From NCBI RefSeq assembly GCF_009834535.1, contig NC_045696.1, positions 120,344,001 through 120,408,000 on the forward strand: a stretch of DNA of 64,000 nucleotides, in the 5' to 3' direction. The notes beneath the pieces are model-generated. The model searched no databases and had not been told where the DNA came from. It was given only the letters and a program-made list of their open reading frames with translations. The position numbers and the translations under genes were made by a program. The stretch is from Camelus ferus (taxonomy: Eukaryota). Positions 25,790 through 39,321 of the stretch are shown here, in pieces. Each line of letters starts with the position of its first letter. The first letter of the stretch is position 1.

Positions 25790-28631
25790 TACTATCACAC
25801 AATGTAACATTTGAATACAAAGAGTTGCAAATCAAACAATTTAGCAAACTGAGCTATTTGTAGTGTGGAATATATTCTTTGGTTTTCCCATAGGTATATA
25901 GGATTACATAGTTTTATTCAACTGCATATCCTGCTTTGCACATAATATGTTATACATTGTACATATTGCTGCAAGCTTCATACTGATTTTTCTGTGTTCT
26001 TATAGTGTTACTTCAATGCATTAATTCTTTAATGAATGAATTCTTTAGCTCTTTACCTCTTGTTGAACACTTAGCTTGCTTCTAATTTTTGCTGTCCTGT
26101 GTTGAACTTAAATATATATATCTTCTGCTGAATTTAAATATATACTGAAATTAAATGCCACAGGATTGGCCTCTGAGTCACACACTGGAAAAGCCACCAA
26201 GCTGAATGTCCTACTGTCTCATCAGTACACATTCAAAAGGGGTCAGTAATAGAATTGGGATCATGTCTGAATTTGAAGGACATGTTTCAGGAACTCTATG
26301 GGGAATCTCAACTATCTTGATGCTCTTTGGGGTATAAACGGAGTCTCCTGTTCGTTTTAAACTGTAGATTGAAGTGATTGCATTTACTTTTGCTTGGAAG
26401 TTTATTGTAAAGTCATAGTTTGGAGTGTTCTCCTTGAAGACTTTTCATGCAGTGAAACTAATGTGAGCTGCGAGTCGAGGGTATGTGGACGATTTGTCTT
26501 CACTGAGGTCGCTTCTTGATGTCTCATGCAGTCGTTTGTGGCAACTAACGACTGTTCTAGAGTATTAAATGCGACACTTTTTTTCATATGGACCTGTTCC
26601 TAATGGAATAAAACTTGGGTAGTTGAAGTAGTAATTGGGTGATGGTGGGGGTGTGGGTGCAGCCCTCACTGAGGACTTACTATATGAAGGAACTCGGCTA
26701 AGCATTTCCATGGATTTTCCCATGAATATTCAGACATCCTTTCACACAGCAAATATGTATTTGGCTCCTGTTCTGAATTAAGCCCCAACCTAGTCTTTTG
26801 GGGGGTTGCAGAGATTTTTTATTTTTAAGATTCAGACAGAAGCCCTGTCTTCAAGGAGTTTGTAGTCTGATCGAGTGTACTCTGTGTGTACAAAAAATAC
26901 CTTAAACAAGTCAGAAAGTATTCAGTTCAATAAAAAGTGTGGATGGAGCACTTTGAAGGCCAGCATTTATTTCATGCCGTACAGCGCTCAGAGCACTGCA
27001 GACACTGTCTCACTTGATGAATGAACAATGTGTGAGGAATAATAGTAACCACAGAAGTCACTGTTTATGTAGCGCAAATACTTGCCTTGCACTGTGCTGA
27101 GCACTTTATATATGTGATTTCATTTAACCTTTACCCCAGAAAGCATCATTATTATAATTACTGTTACATCTTATAGATGAGGACACAGATGCAAAGATTC
27201 AGAGCCTCCCCAAACACCACAGCTTGTCAGTAGCAGAGCTAGGACTCAAGTCCACACCCATCTTCACAAAAATGCTAATTTTTGACAGTGGTGGGCTGTG
27301 CTGTCTGACAGTGGCATTGTCCGCCTTTACAATGAGGAAATCTCTCCAGCTGCCAAATTTGAGAATAAGTGAAATCATGTCATCATTGGGAGAGTTATTT
27401 TTAAATAATCTTGTTGGTACAATTCTATTTCTAAATTAATTGAATTTCAAAAAATTCCTGCATATAACTCATTTGGTGGACTTAAGGATCTAGGCCAAGA
27501 AAGAGATTTATTCTGTCTTTGGGGAAAAGAATGAACTCTGTTTTAAGACAGTGACTCCTACATGTTCAGGAGAGTCAAGGAGAGAGGGACTCAGACACAA
27601 GACGAGAGAATTTGAAATGTATCAGTATTTCCCGTGGGCATAAAATCAGTGACACACAGTCCGAGACACACGCTTGTGCCTACTTCCTGTGTGCACCCAC
27701 CTCGAGCTCGACCAGTGACCTCACCAGACAGGCCTGGGTCGGTGGTGTTGGCTGGAGAGGCATGTAAATTACTGCCATCACGTGCGTAAGCACAAGAGCA
27801 TGTGCTGGTATGCGTGTAAGTTGTGTGCCACGAGTACCAGCTGACTTTGCCCTTTTTGGAAATTTTGGTTTGCAGAGAATATAGTATCATGGGTAGGATT
27901 TCCAGGTGTCCAAGACTTTCTACTTGTTTTCTTCTTTCTAAAAATTGTGGTGTATTTAGGATGTGCCAGGCGCTGTGAACATTTTATTTAATTCTCTCCA
28001 AAATGTTATAAGGTTGTAGTTGATTATTACAATTTTACTAATATTTTAGGTAATGCAACCGAGGCATGGAAGAGACGTGGGGATCACAGAGCTGACAGAT
28101 GATTTAGACAGGACTCGGTCCCCAGAGACTCCGCTCATAACCACTGCTCTATAATGTCTGGAGAATTTTAAAAATTGCAAATTTTATTGAATTTGTGTAC
28201 CTGCCTACTTTGGGAAGAAAACTTTCTTTAATAGCTTCAGTCAGAAGGAATAGCATTGACTGAGACCCTGGTTCTTCAAACCAGGTCCTGGGACCTCTGG
28301 TGAGGTGGCCGATGAGTCCTCAATGTGTCTGCTCCACCTTCATGTCTGATGACCAGTTCTTCAGGGTGAGTGACACAGAGCTGGGTGCAAATCCTGCCTG
28401 TCCCACATACAGGCTGTCATTTCTTGGCCAAATGGTTTGGCCTCTCGAAGCCTCAGCTTGCTCCTCTGTAGAATGGGCATGATAATTCCACCCTCATAGT
28501 GCTGTGTGGAAGATTAAGGGAGAGAAGGCAGGCATGGAGCAGAGCACAAGACTGGGAGCAGAGTGGGCGCTCAATTCAACACTTGAGAGTGGGAAAATGG
28601 AAGAGAGCATCGCCAGCCTTGTGGGAAGTCT

Positions 28632-28753
28632 ATTTTATTTTATTTTTTTATGGACGTGTAGTTGATTTGCAATGTTAGTTTCAGGTGTGCAGCAAAGTGA
28701 TACAGTTATACATATATGTACATACATGTATACGTGTGTGTGTGTGTGTGTAT
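28632..28753 (-). mobile_element. Very short L1 3' tip with 18-bp TSD
   Basis: TSD cagccttgtgggaagtct (28614-28631) / cagcctcgtggaaagtct (28754-28771). Confidence 0.85.
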
Positions 28754-29685
28754 CAGCCTCGTGGAAAGTCTTATAAAAAGGGTTAACTGGAAAAATAGCT
28801 ACTACAGTTCATGTGGACAGAGATGTGCACATCAAGGAGCTACAGTCATCCGTGTGCCTTGCCAATGGAGAACATACGATTGATTTTGGCCCCTGAACAG
28901 ATTCCAAGGCAGACCACAAGATAACTCATTGCACATCTTGAGATTTCCCACAAATTCCATGAAAGGCAGCGTAGCTACTTCACACGCATATGCAATCCCA
29001 GTCCAAATGGCTCAAGTCTTTAGATTCTCCCTTGCCCCTAAATAGCATTTCCACCTCCACTTCTCCTGAAAGTTACTGGAGCACACTTGGCGCTGTGGCT
29101 TAAATCTTAGCCAAAGTTAACCTAATCTCTGGGGGCGCTTCCGTGGAAATCCAGCTGGATACCCCATTCCTTTCAAGCCAGTTCCACGAGAAGTGAGCCA
29201 GCTCTTCCTCATCTGCCATTCTGGGGAAATTCTTCCCAGTGTTGGAGATGGGATCGGTGTGTTGGTGACATTTCCAGAGAATACACAGCACTGCTGTGAG
29301 CTATAAATATACTTTATCCACACTCCTGCCAAATTTTCTTGAAGGAAAATATTTTTGAAGACCCAATCTCCCCAAGTAAGATGATTTAGACTCAAAGTAG
29401 GATAATCATAGGTGATTACTGAGTGTTTGACTACATTTTAGAGTTTTAGCATTTACCTTCTTTGACTCTCATGCTCGTCCTGCGAGTGGGTAGAGAACCT
29501 AGGTCTAGAGATTTTTATAGGTGAAATACACCTCCTTAGAAAATAGTTCTGCTGGGTACTCTGGAAAAGGATTGAGATTTTGCTCACTTATAAAGAGAAA
29601 ACTAGGGGAGGGGGAAGTAACATTTCTGGTGTGGGCAGTGTATGAAAAAATATTTTACTAACATGATAAGTCAATCCTCCCTCTT

Positions 29686-31105
29686 CTTTTAATTGAAGTA
29701 TAGTTTATTTACAATATTATATTAGTTTCATGTATACAACATAGTGGTTCAATATTTTTATAGATTGTATTTCATTTAAAGTTATTATAAAGTATTTGCT
29801 CTATTCCCTGTGTGGTGCAATATATCCCTGTAGCTTATTTACTTTTTTACATAGTAGTTTGTGCCTCTTAATCTTCTTCCCCTCTCTTACCCCTCTCCCC
29901 TTCCCTCTTCCACTGGTCACCACTAGTTTGTTCTCTATATCTGTGACTCTCTTTCTGTTTTGTTATATTTATTCATTTGTTTTATTTTTTAGATTCCACA
30001 TAAAAATGAAAACACAGAGTATTTGTCTTTCTCTGTCTGACTTATCTCACTAAGCATAATAATACCCTCTAGGTCCAACCATGTTGTTGCAAATGGCAAG
30101 TTCCCACTCTTTTTTATGGCTGAATAGTATTCCATCGTGTATGGGCCACATCTTCTTTATCGAATCATCAGTTGACAGACATTTAGTTTGCTTCCATATC
30201 TTACCTATTGTAAATAGTGCTGCTATGAACGCTGGAGTGTATCATTTCCAATTAGTGTCTTTGTTTTCATTGGATACATACCCAGGAATGGAATTGCTGG
30301 ATCCTTTGCTAGTTCTGTTTCTAGTTTTCTGAGAAACCTCCATACTGTTTTTCACAGTGACTGCACCCATGTATATTCCCACCAACAATGTTCTTGAGTT
30401 CTATTTTCTCCACATCTTCACCAACATTCTTATTTGTAGACTTTCTGACAATAGCCATTCTCACGGGTGTGAGGTGATATCTCATTGTGGTTTTGATTTG
30501 CATTTCTCTGATGATTAGCAATGTTGAGCATCCTTCCTTGTGCCTGTTGGCCATCTGTATGTCTTTTTTGTAAAAAGGTCTATTCAGGTCTTCTGCCCAT
30601 TTTTTGATTGAGTTGTTTGTTTGTTTGTTTTGATATTGAGTTTTATGAGCTGTTTATCTCATGTGGATATTGACCCTTTGTGAAACATATAATTTGTAAA
30701 TATATTCTCCCCATCAGTAGGCTTTTTGTTTTATCAATGGTTTTCTTTGGTGTGCAAAGGCTTTTAAGTTTAATTAGGTTCCATTTGTTAATTTTTGCTT
30801 TTGTTTCCTTTACCCAGGAGCCAGATCCAAAAAAATTATTGCTACAATTTACATGAAAGACTGTTTTCTTATGTTTTCTTCTAGGAGTCTAATGGTTTCT
30901 GGTCTTACATTTAGGTCTTTAATCCATTTTGAGTTTATTTTAGCATATGGAATGAGAAAATGTTCTAATTTCATTGTTTCATATGTAGCTGTTCAGTTCT
31001 CCCAGCACCACTTATTGAAGAAACTCCTTTCCCTGTTGTATATTCTTGTCATGGATTAATTGACCATAAGTGTGCGGGCTTATTTCTGGGCTCTCTATTG
31101 TATTC
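29686..31105 (-). mobile_element. L1 3' fragment, about 1.4 kb
   Basis: ORF2 C-terminal motif [21 protein letters not shown] on minus strand. Confidence 0.92.
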
Positions 31106-31243
31106 TAGTGATCTGCCGCAGGTGTGGGAAGGAAGCATGAAGGAAGCATGAAGACACCCCATGCTGTGTATCTGCCATCCTTGGCTAGGAGTTCCAAGTT
31201 TATCCTTCTACTAAAAACAGTGACTTGAGTTATTCTGTTGCAG

Positions 31244-31933
31244 GACATGAAAACCATGGCAGAAAAGAAGAACCAGGTCTTGCTTATGAACCTAGCACTG
31301 CCTCTCTTCAAGAATATTACATGGATGTGGCTTTCCTCATAGATGCTTCCCAAAGAGTAGGAAAGGATGAGTTTAAGGATGTGAAAGCGTTTGTAACCTC
31401 GGTGCTTGATTACTTCCACGTGGCCCCAGACCCACTGATCTCCATGCTGGGAGACAGGGTAGCAGTCCTGACCTACTCTCCTCCAGGCTACATGCCCAAC
31501 ACTGAAGAATGCCCCGTCTACCTGGAATTCGATTTGGTCACTTACAACAGTAGACACCAAATGAAACAGCATCTCCAAGACTCTCTCCAGCAGCTCAATG
31601 GAGATGCTTTTATTGGCCAGGCCCTACAGTGGACAGTGGACAATGTTTTTGTAGGAACCCCCAACCTCAGGAAAAACAAAGTGATCTTTGTCATATCTGC
31701 TGGTGAAACCAACCCTTTAGACAAGGAAGTTTTAAGAAATGTGTCTCTGAGTGCCAAGTGTCAGGGCTACTCCATATTTGTGTTTTCCTTTGGTCCTGTG
31801 CACGACGACAAGGAGCTAGAAGAATTAGCCAGCCACCCACTGGATCATCACTTGGTCCAGCTTGGCCGGTCCCACAAGCCAGACTTGGACTATATCGTCA
31901 AATTTGTCAAGCCGTTTGTTCATTCAGTCAGAC
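31244..31933 (+). CDS. COL6A5: COL6A5 exon (690 bp), third C-terminal VWA domain
   Basis: Acceptor ctgttgcAG, donor C|GTaagt; ORF 31225-32004 YMDVAFLIDAS...GDRVAVLTY...ELASHPLDHHLVQLG; a third C-terminal VWA domain is characteristic of alpha-5(VI). Confidence 0.96.
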
Positions 31934-32159
31934 GTAAGTCGTTGAAGTTTTCCTCTTCTATTGCATTTGCAATAGAGTCAATGTCTCTTTGTCTAATTCA
32001 CTAGTGGGATCTAATCCACGATCCCCACTTGGGTCAAGAGTGGTGCAGTCTAGAAGGCAATGAGAAAACCACAGAGAAAAATCCCAGGTCTTAGTGACCT
32101 TGACCTTTGCTGCTGTCCTGTCAAGGTCTTTGCCAGAAAGTGAAAGGTGTCTTTTAACC

Positions 32160-32500
32160 CTAATCTGTGAGTGTTTACTATGTGCCAAGTTTTTTCGATT
32201 ATGGTATCATTTAATCCTCAGGACAGCCCTCAAAGGGAGGTATTAAGTTTAAAAATAGTTTTATTGAGGTGTAGTTGATTTACAATTTTTTTTTAATGAA
32301 GGTACTAGGGACTGACCCCAGGACCTCGTGCATACTTAGGCCTGCACTCTCCTGCTGAGCTGTACCCATCCATCACAGGAAAGTATTAGCATCCCCACTT
32401 TACAAGTGAGAAAACTGAGGTTCAGAGACATTAAATAAATGGCACGAAAGCGCACAGTTAAGAGCTGGCAAATTGTAGGCTTGACCCCAGGCATCCTGAG
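32160..32500. mobile_element. MIR interrupted by a minus-strand tRNA-Ala SINE (about 32286-32371)
   Basis: MIR core ccccactttacaagtgagaaaactgaggttcagaga; SINE head gaaggtactagggactgaccccaggacctcgtgc. Confidence 0.7.
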
Positions 32501-33403
32501 CTCAGAGCCCTGCCCTCGTTCATTAAGCTACACTTCAGTCACTAACGCCTTAACGAGGTGTAGACCGCTGCAGTAAACACTGTCCCCCAGTCCCCCCGCC
32601 TGTTCCAAGGATTCCTATTTTATCTTGTCAGTTTTGGTTCTGAATTCAGTTCTTAAGAGCCATGGACAGGAATCTCTCCTAGAGACTCCGTCTCAGACAG
32701 CTGGCTCAGGGACAGCCAGGCAAGGGCTATAAGGTTGTTTTTCTACAGTGGGGATTTGAGAGAGGCTGCCCACCACTGTCCCTAAGTTGTAATTGCAGAC
32801 ACGGTTACAGTAGCAAACCTGAGAGCCCACAGCATCAAGCACGGCCTGGCCTCTGCTGGGAATCAGGATGCGGCAGAGGCCACGCCGAGCAGTGGTCTGC
32901 AGCCCCAGCAAGTTCAGCGGGGAGTCCCAGGGATGCAGATTTTCCAGCCCTCACGTAGCCCAGGGCTCACGGAACCCTCAGAAATCTTGGAAGTCTGGAT
33001 TTATATTTAGTAGCAAGCTTGTCACTTGCAAAAAGAAAGTGCCTTCTTCCAACCGCGAGATAAATCGGGTAGTCAATTTCAATGGCTAATACTGTCTTCA
33101 GAAAGATCCTCCTTTTAAAGGGAGAGAAACAGATGATAGAAGAGATTCAGAGAGATCCTGGAATTGTATCACAAGCTGGTGACACGCAGAGGGGGAGAAT
33201 TCTGGACCCCATCGCTGCTGGGTCTCGTTGGCTTGGCCAAGGAGGTATTGCAGCATCAGAGGCTGCCTGCTTGGCTGAGTCCCTTATAGGATTAATTTGC
33301 TCTAAAAAACACCTCCAGCCACAGGGGAAGATGACCTGACTTTGAGTGATAGTCCAAATGAGGAAGGGTAATGTTTAGACTAACCAGCCCACTCTCTCTC
33401 CAG

Positions 33404-33500
33404 GCGCCATCAACACGTATCCCCCTGCAGATCTGAGACCCCGGTGTGTTAACGTCACTGCTCCCCACCCAGAGGATGATGGCACAGAAAACACTGTGTT
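33404..33500 (+). CDS. COL6A5: COL6A5 exon (97 bp): (R)AINTYPPADLRPRCVNVTAPHPEDDGTENTV(F)
   Basis: Acceptor ctctctccAG, donor GTgagt at 33501; phase 1/2. Confidence 0.92.
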
Positions 33501-34233
33501 GTGAGTTGACACGTATTCACAGCTCGGGTGGGACTACAGCCGGAAACAGTCCTTAAGACGATCACTTGAAATAAATGGCATTTTAGTTTTTGAGATGCAA
33601 GTTTGGCTGTGGGGTGAGGTGTGTGTGTGTGTATGTGTGTGTTAAATGCTCCTGATTTGTGACAACAGCACAGATCTGGTGTTACTAGCAGACAGAATGA
33701 TTCGTATTAGAAAGAACCGTATTTCCATGTCTGTAGCTTTTATGGAAAAAGAAGCCCTTCTTAATACTTATTAGTAGATATATGATATTGTTCAAATATG
33801 GGGTCCTGCCACAACAGAAAACTTCTAAGGTCAAAGGTTAGATGTAACAATGTTAGAGCAAAAGAAACAGATGCAAAAGAAAAACTCACAAAGAAGCAGC
33901 AAAAACATTTGCTGTTTCTAAAATGGAACCCCTGTGAACACTGGCAGGAAAGACTCTTTTAAGTTTGATTTTGCAAAGTCCAACCCTAAGTACTCAATAA
34001 GCAGTCAGTGATGAAGGTAACATCAGTTTGGAGCCCTAAGCCACTGACACAAATGTCTTGGAATATTAAAAAAACAAATGCCCCTCAGTCAAGTTTCATT
34101 CACAAACTGCATCTGGACTATTCAAATCATGCGCATCAGACTGATTCCTGTTCTGTTACCTGGCTGTGTTTACGCTGAATCCTGCAAGGGGCTTGGCTAA
34201 CATACATCTCGTCGCTTTTCTCTGTCACCTCAG

Positions 34234-34484
34234 CCTCATTCCTGAGGTGTATGAAATAGAGATGGAGCACGGGGAGCCTTTGGGTGAATTCGGGTCCCAG
34301 CAGCAGCAGCAGCAGCAGCTCTCTGAATTAGGGGACAGTCGTAGGAATGGTTCTGGGACCAGCACTGATCTGATCCAGAGGTGGTACATGCTTTCACCTC
34401 CTGGGGAGCTGATGAAAGACAAGGACGAGGCACATTCAGAAGAACTCACAGCTGCAGCAGACAACAGACAGCAAGATAAAAAAG
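34234..34484 (+). CDS. COL6A5: COL6A5 exon (251 bp), unique C-terminal region containing Q7
   Basis: Acceptor ctgtcacctcAG, donor AAG|GTaacc; ORF 34166-34546 LIPEVYEIEMEHGE...QQDKK; phase 2/1. Confidence 0.9.
34298..34318 (+). repeat. Coding (CAG)7 trinucleotide repeat (polyQ)
   Basis: Seven perfect CAG units in frame. Confidence 0.97.
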
Positions 34485-36015
34485 GTAACCTTGACGCAGT
34501 AGAGTTGACGATCCTGAAGTGCCTTTGTTTGGATTTTCCCCTGTAGAGGGTGAGCGGTGAGAACGCACGGGGACAATGGAGATGGTAGAATAGAGGGGCT
34601 TATCATCTAGGGCTACAGGGGTCCCCAAAACAAGGGGCAAAGGAGGTAAAATGTCTGAAGGGCCAAAGGGGGAGACACTGGTGTTGGCAAAACCAGAATG
34701 AGATATAAATGCCCGGTGTGGGGACAAGGAACAGAATGTGATAGGGGGTACAATAGGACTGCAGGTCCTGTGGGGGCGGGAGGAGCCCTGCTCTCTCATG
34801 GAGGCGGGGAGCTGAGAGGACCAGTCTACAGAGTCTGAACACCTGGGGGCTGCTGTCTCCCTTAGTGATGAGGGCTTTCCTGGTCTGAGATGCCGGCTCC
34901 CGGCTGAGCCCCAGCTCCCCGGAGCCTGGAGAGGACAGTGCTGTGGTGGTTCTGAGATCTCTGTGAAGGCTGAGGGGGGGCTTCTAGGCTGCCTGGTGAA
35001 ATGGCCATGGACTGACAGCTAGAGAGAAAACAGGAGATGGGAAAGAGGCAGCCATAGGAGGTTCTAGGGCAGCTTTCTGCTCAATCTCTGCTGTGTACCA
35101 AAATCCTGGGAGACATTATTGTAAAAATAAATATGCCCAGGTACCTCCTAGAGCTGAAAATATGCAGATCCTCTGACCCACTAATTTTAGCCAATGTATA
35201 TACCCCACAGAAAAATATGTATTCACAAAGAGTCAGGTACCAGAATGTCCATAACAGAACCATTTGTAGTGGGCTCAGAGTGGGAACAAAAATGCCCAAC
35301 AACAGATATGGTAAATAAATGTGGGTGTAGTTATACAATAAAATATTATACATGTATGGTGTGCAGTGTGTGTGTAAAATGCTATGCATGTATGTGTACC
35401 TCATTTACACACATATACAATGTAGATTACATGTTATGTATTATATATACTATGTATATATTAGATGCGGGTATAATTGTAGATACAGCTGTAGAATACA
35501 GTCAGCAAAGTGATGGAAAACAAGAACTGAGGATAGAGGAAGTACAAAAAATTTAGACAGGAGAGAGAAGATGTATGAAAAGGAAAAATAAACCTAAGCA
35601 TGATGAAACAGCTGGTGCGGTCGAGAAGAACTCATCCTGCTTTGGCCTCTGGACGGAGTGAGCCCACTTGGTCTCTCCCAGTGATGACAGCGGAAAACTC
35701 CAGACAAAACACAAAAAGCAACTCTGAGAAGTGAAAGCAGATACTGTGAAGGGCCGTGACTTTCCCGTTTGCTTTGTTCTCTTTTGGCTTGGGGCGGAGC
35801 CCCAGGCCTGAAGCTGCATGGTGGCAGTGGGGCAGGTGGCTAAAATGTGATAGGGGCCCCATATTTCTGGGCAGAAAAACTAGAATAAAGGGGCCTTTGT
35901 GTGTCAAAGATGGTGGAAAATATCCTCATTTTTTTCTCCCTCTTTTCTGTCATGGTTCTGCTCTGAAGGTGGGCACCAGTTTGGAGCTGAGTGGAAGGCT
36001 AGACAGCTAAAATTA

Positions 36016-36520
36016 TTTTTTATTGAAGTGTAGTTGATTTACAATGTTGTGTTAGTTTCTGGTGTACAGCAGAGTGATTCAATTATACACACACACATAT
36101 ATATATTCTTTTTCATTATAGGTTATTATAAGGTATTGGATGTAGTTCCCTGTGTTCTGCAGTAGGACCTTGTTGTTTATCTACTTTATATATAGTTAGT
36201 AGTTTGTATCTGCTAATCCCAGACTCCTAATTTATCCCTCCCACTCCCTTTCCCCTTTGGTAACCATATGTTTGTTTTCTGTCTGTGAGTCTCTTTCTGT
36301 TTTGTGAATAAGTTCATTTGTGTCATTTTTTAGATTCCACATATAATTGATATCATATGATACTTGTCTTTCTCTGTCTGACTTACTTCACTTAGTGTGA
36401 TAATCTCCAGATCCATCCATGTTGCTGCAAATGGCATGATTGCATTCTTTTTTATGGCTGAGTTGTAGTTCCTTGTATATATCCAGTTATCTGTCAGTGG
36501 ACATTTAGGTTGCTTCCATC
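36016..36520 (-). mobile_element. L1 3' fragment with 15-bp TSD
   Basis: TSD agacagctaaaatta (36001-36015) / agacagctgaaatta (36521-36535). Confidence 0.9.
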
Positions 36521-36849
36521 AGACAGCTGAAATTAAAGAGAAGCCCTGTCTTTTGGGGTGGAGGGTTCGAGAAGAGAAGCCCTGTTGGCCAGCATGTGGG
36601 GGTAACCTCAGACAAGAGAGCTGGAGAAAGGGGTTCTCCGATTTTAACTACAGGAACTGCATAAGCCCCAGGCTCTCCCCTAAGCTGTACATGGAGGGGA
36701 AAGACCCAAAACAGGAGAGCGAAGGCTTTGGACTCTAAACTGAGATTAGAACCACTGCTCACAGAAGGCGAGATGCTTACACTCTGAGCCTAGCACATTG
36801 ATCACCTGCTTTAAAAAAATTAAGAGTCCTACTGAGAATTACACTAGAC

Positions 36850-37960
36850 TTAGAGTCTAAACTCTAACATGATACTGAAACTTTTTAGGATATAATCCAA
36901 AATTATGCAATGTTAACAGAGAACAGGGAGGTGTGAGCAGTATTTAAAGAAAAAGATGACAGATGCCAACTTGAAATTGACAGGTGTTGCAATTATCAAA
37001 GGCATTAAAGCAGCTATTATCCCTGTACTCCACGGGACAGAGGTAAACAACTTGAGCAGATAGACATTCTCAGCAGAGAAATGGAGATGAAAAAGAAAAA
37101 ACAGAAAGATGTTTTAGAAGTAAATACAGTATCTGAATTTTGAAAAGATTTACTGAATGGGCTTAATAGCAGAGTGAAGAGGAGAGAGGGAAGGGCCAGT
37201 GAACTTGAAGGTAGATTAATTGCATGATCTGAAAACAGAAAAGAGATTGTAAAAAAAAAAAAAAAAAAACGAGCAGAGCCATGGAGACTTGAGGAACAAA
37301 AGTAAATTGTAATAGTTAAGGTCTAGCATTTGTTTCATTGGAATTCAAGAAGCAAAGTAGAAAGAGATTCATTCAGGAAAAAAAAAAATTAGGCAAATAA
37401 TGGCCTAAAATTTCCCAAATTGGTAAAAGACATGACTTTACAGATTTTAAACCCCACTCAGACACATCATAATCAAACTGCTGAAAGCAAAAGGTAAAGA
37501 AACAGTCTTGAAGCAGCTAGAGAAAAACCATGTGTTACAAAAGAAAAGAATGGAGGGGAGGATATAGCTCAGTGGTACAGCATGTGCTTAGCATGCACGA
37601 GGTCCTGAATTCAACCCCTAGTACTTCCACTAAAATAAATAAACAAACCTAATTACCTCCCCATCTCAAACTTTTTTTTAATGATTAAAATAAAAAATAA
37701 ACAAAAAAAGGAAAAAATAATTTTTTCAATTTATAAAAAAAAGAAAGGAACAATTATTGAAATGACTATAGATTTCTCATCAGAGACCATGGAGGCCAGA
37801 TGACAATAGAACAACATTTTTTCTTTAAAGTGCTGAAAGAAAAGAACTGTGAATACAGAATTTTATATCCAGCAAAAATAGCCCTCCAGAATGAAGACAA
37901 AATGAAGACATTTCAAGATAGAGGAAATGTGCATTTGTTGCCAGTGTATCTATTCTAAAG
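36850..37960 (+). mobile_element. Old, degraded L1 ORF1 region interrupted by a tRNA-Ala SINE (about 37552-37738)
   Basis: ORF1-type sequence (cagacacatcataatcaaactgctgaa; gaattttatatccagcaaaaatagccctc); SINE with TSD-like aaaagaaaagaa/aaaagaaaggaa. Confidence 0.75.
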
Positions 37961-38368
37961 GAGAACTATGCTGGGACAGTGAGGAAATTGGAGTGAAGTC
38001 AAATGACTGGCGACTGGATGGTGAGAAAACATACTGGATAGGTGACTTGGAGGAAGGGACAGAAATGAGAGATCGAGAAGAGGCTGGAAGGGGAGGCTGG
38101 TTGAGGAAGAGAAGGGGGCAGGCACCAGATGCAGCTCATTCATCTATGGAGCCTTACGTTTACAAGGCAGTTTCACAAACATGAGCTCATTGGAGTCCCT
38201 CCAAATGTGGGAGACAGGAATTAATATCCTTCCTATGAAGATGGAAAAACTGAAGCTCAAAGACGTTTAGTGCCTAATTTGAACCTGATCCTGGTCTGGC
38301 TCCTCTGGCCTCAGTGTGCTTTCCTAACACTGGGGGCAGGAATTGGGGTGGATCAGAGACAGAGAAGA

Positions 38369-39266
38369 TGGGTGAAACAGCTCAGGATGCCATAACATAT
38401 GCCAATGGCTGTTTAAACAACAGTAATTTATTTTCTCACAGCTCTGGAGGCTGAGAAATCCAAGATCAGGGCACCACCCAATTTGGTTACTGGTGAGAGC
38501 TCTCTTCCTGGCTTGCAGATGACTGCTTCCTTTCTGGGTCCTCACATGGTGGACAGTCCTGGTGTCTCCTCCTCTTCTTAGAATGGCACCATGGCTGTTA
38601 GACCAGGCCTCCATTCTTTTTTTTCATTGACGTATAGTCAGTTTACAGTGTTCTGTCAATTTCTGGTGTACAGCATAATGTTCTACTCATACATATATTT
38701 GTTTTCATATTCTTTTTCATTATAGGTTACTATAAGATATTGAATATAGTTCCCTGTGCTATACAGTAGGACTTTGTTATTTATCTATTATATATATAGT
38801 AGTTTGTTTATTTTTTTAACTTTTTTTATTGATTTATAATCATTTTACAATGTTGTGTCATATTCCAGTGTAGAGCACAATTTTTCAATTATACATGAAC
38901 ATATGTATATTCATTGTCACATTCCTTTCTCTGTGAGCTACCATAAGATCTTGTATATATTTCCCTATGCTATGCAGTATAATCTTGTTTATCTATTCTA
39001 CAATTTTGAAATCCCATTCTATCTCTTCCCACCCCCCACCCCCCCTGGCAACCACAAGTCTATATGCTATGTCTATGAGTCTGTTTCTGTTCTGTATTTA
39101 TGCTTTGTTTGTTTGTTCATTTGTTTTTAGATTCCACATATGAGCGATCTCATATGGTATTTTTCTTTCTCTTTCTGGCTTACTTCACTTAGAATGACAT
39201 TCTCCAGGAGCATCCATGTTGCTGCAAATGGCATTGTTTTATTCTTTTTTATGGCTGAGTAGTACT

Positions 39267-39321
<55 letters not shown>

